DNA of 64,000 nucleotides from Calcarisporiella thermophila CBS 279.70 (Eukaryota; Fungi; Calcarisporiellomycota): NCBI RefSeq assembly GCF_041956535.1, contig NW_027192192.1, positions 1 to 64,000 of the forward strand, read 5' to 3'. Shown piece by piece: positions 61,582 to 64,000 of this stretch (position 1 is its first letter; each line of letters starts with the position of its first letter). The notes under the pieces were generated by a model. It saw only the letters and a program-made list of their open reading frames with translations, ran no database searches and was not told where the DNA came from. The position numbers and the translations under genes were made by a program.

Positions 61582-64000
61582 ATGCAATCCTCCAGTATCG
61601 GCACGATTCATGCTGATAATCAAGGGGTAATCCTTGCTGGAAACACACGCGGGAACGTGAGCTTTTATCTGAATTGTAAGATGAAAAGTTCAAGTAATAT
61701 AGATTTCAACATTAGAGCAGGTGCATAATTCCTGTATCCTTGTAACGTTTAGCAAATAGCTCAAGTGGCAATGTTAGTATTGGTGCTGGAGCTTTCAAGG
61801 TGCTTCCACGAAACTGGCGATTTGTTGACCGGCCTCAACTAATGAAGCGATTGGACGAAGAGGTTGAGATAATGAAGAAGAATCAAAAATATAAACCCAT
61901 TGCATTATGTGGACTTGGTGGGGTAGGGAAGTCGCAGTTAGCACTAGAATATTGTTATCGTAAAAAGAATGAGTATCGTTATGTTTTTTGGCTGGAATCA
62001 GACAAAGAATCAATGCTACAGAGCGCTTTCCTTGACGTAGCCCGGAGACTAAAAATTGTACCTATTGGCTCGCATATAGTCAACCCTGAGGATATTTTAC
62101 CTTGCGTGCTTGAATGGCTGCAATATAATGACGAGTGGCTACTTGTCTACGACAATGCTGACGACTATTCTTTAGGAAACCAATCAAATCCCTTTTTTTT
62201 GCAGACAAAATACTTTCCGCAATATGGGAATGGAACCATTTTGGTGACAACTCGCCTCCGCTATCAGGGATACAGTATGGTACCCATTTATTTTGAAGAA
62301 TATCCGATGAGGGATGATGCAGCGTTAAGGCTACTCGGAAAGGATGAGGGCGTGCCTTACGCACTGGAACTCGTCAAAGAGCTCGAGTATTTACCTCTTG
62401 CTATAGACCTAGCCGGTGCTTCCATGAAAATGGATAGCATTCTCACACCCGAAAAATATCTTAGCAGCTATAGGAGCACTTCAGCTGAGTGTCTCAATTA
62501 TTTGGATCTTCAGGAAATAGCAAAGTTAACCGACTCCAATTACGGAAAAACTGTACTGACCGTGTGGACAGACACATTCCATCGAATAAAAAAGGGGAAT
62601 CCCTTAGCCGCAAGTTTATTTCAATCCATTGTTTTACTTGATCCTGATAATATTCCTGTGGATCTATTTCATGATCAATATCAGATGGTCCTTGGTTCCA
62701 AGGACGAGAGAGACTCAAGGGAATTAAAAAGAGCTCTGATGCTCCTGCAAGATTATGGGTTGATACGAGAATCTCTATTCGAAGACAGAAATGCAGCTCT
62801 TTTCCCGAATGGATCGATATCCGTCCATCGAGTAGTTCAGAGAGTCACAGCTTTGGAAATAGAGGAAGTGGAAAAGAGAAAGCGTTACGAACGGATAATC
62901 TTGGCATTGCGTCAAGTCGTCCCCGAGAACTATTATATATCTGATGATGGATCGAGAAAAATGATGGAGGTATATGCGCCTCATATTCTATACGTTGGCC
63001 AGCAATTTGCGCTCTGCAATGCAGTACCAGGAAATTTTGGGGAAAATTCAAACATTAAGGAAGAATTCGTATGCTTGCTTATTCCTACTATAAGTTTCTT
63101 TGTTGGTAGGGCTCTGTTCGAAGAAGCCGAATATCTGGCCAAGCTTGCAGTTACTTCTTCGACCACCATAGAAGATCCACTTTATTTGGCTAAAGCTGAG
63201 AGCAGTCAGTGTTATCTTTTATCAATGAAAGGCGACTTCATCTCTGCAGAAAAGCACTGCAGAAACGCGTTGAAAATCCGAAAGAGCTTGTTAACAATCA
63301 AACACGAGCTCACACGATCCTCGATTCACTATCTGGACTTCATCTTGAAAAAGTTGGACGTACCTGATCCGAGTTTATCTTTTGAACTTTGGATGGCCAA
63401 AGAAATTGCAAACTCCGTTGCGATAGAATATGAATACGGGAGAATTGATTTCACACCCCTTCATCGTTCAGTCGAGCACTTCGAATGCGAAGACATACGC
63501 AAGTTTGCCAAGCATTACAGGTCTTATGTGAATATAGGCGACAAAATAGGGGCAACTCCTTTGCATTGGGCAGCACGCTGGGGTAAAAATGAAGTTGTGA
63601 AGCTGTTAGTGACTGAGTTTGGTGCCACAGTAGATATTGAAGACGAGTGGAAAAGCACTCCGAGTTCGGTGCAAAAGTGAATATCAAAGACAATAAGGAA
63701 AGTATTCCTTTTCATCGGGCTGCATTAGAGGATAATGACGAAGTTTGTGGAGAAGTTGGTGATTGAGTGCGTCGCAAAGGTGTATATCAGGGACAAAGTG
63801 AGAGGTACTACGTTACATTGGGTGGCAGAAAGGGATTATGTCAATGGATTTCCTGTGTATATTTTGGCCAATCAAGTTCACCGGCAGGAGCGGCCTGTCA
63901 CAATTCATTGCAATTTATCAAGATCGAATGCTGGTAGAAGATCTCGGTGCAAAAATTTTTATCCGAGTCAACCATAGAAAAACCTCGTTGCATTGGGCAG
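61582..64000 (+). pseudogene. Tandem paralog NLR (amyloid-like motif, NB-ARC, ANK); frameshifted after the second ANK (ORF ends at 63680)
   Basis: Colinear with the 57 kb gene; exon 1 61582-61675, GT-AG intron to 61752; deletion and frameshift at ~63660 followed by degenerate ANK sequence. Confidence 0.85.

Noticed and set aside
1-64000. A cognate effector gene (HeLo/HeLL/gasdermin/SesB) ending in the amyloid motifs
   Set aside because: No ORF in the window ends with either motif; any partner would lie elsewhere, so the system is incomplete here.

Overview
Eukaryotic genomic DNA, most consistent with an early-diverging fungus (Mucoromycota/Zoopagomycota-like; short 60-90 nt introns). Blocks of conserved housekeeping genes (vip1-like RRM, Ecl1, tandem SCP2, PMM/SEC53, tRNA-binding OB protein, ricin-B lectin, DENND11/ANR2, RNase H2C, LITAF, a divergent TBP, SDR, GPALPP1, Mei2-like RRM protein, RMD5, Ran1/Pat1-like kinase, Ash1-like GATA, RPL35) alternate with AT-rich accessory islands. 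The islands hold a DIRS relic, Tc1 relics, a Uma2 nuclease with a spliced-on C2H2 finger, three duplicated small secreted Cys-rich proteins, two large orphan secreted proteins and six NB-ARC NLR genes or relics. There are two main results. First, three NLRs carry no enzymatic N-terminal domain but have a short first exon, missed by the ORF track, that encodes an amyloid-like motif; one of these is RHIM-like. This suggests NLR amyloid signalling. Second, the three secreted peptides look like pacifastin-type protease inhibitors diversified at the predicted P1 residue (Y/L/K). All calls come from reading the sequence; no database search was run.
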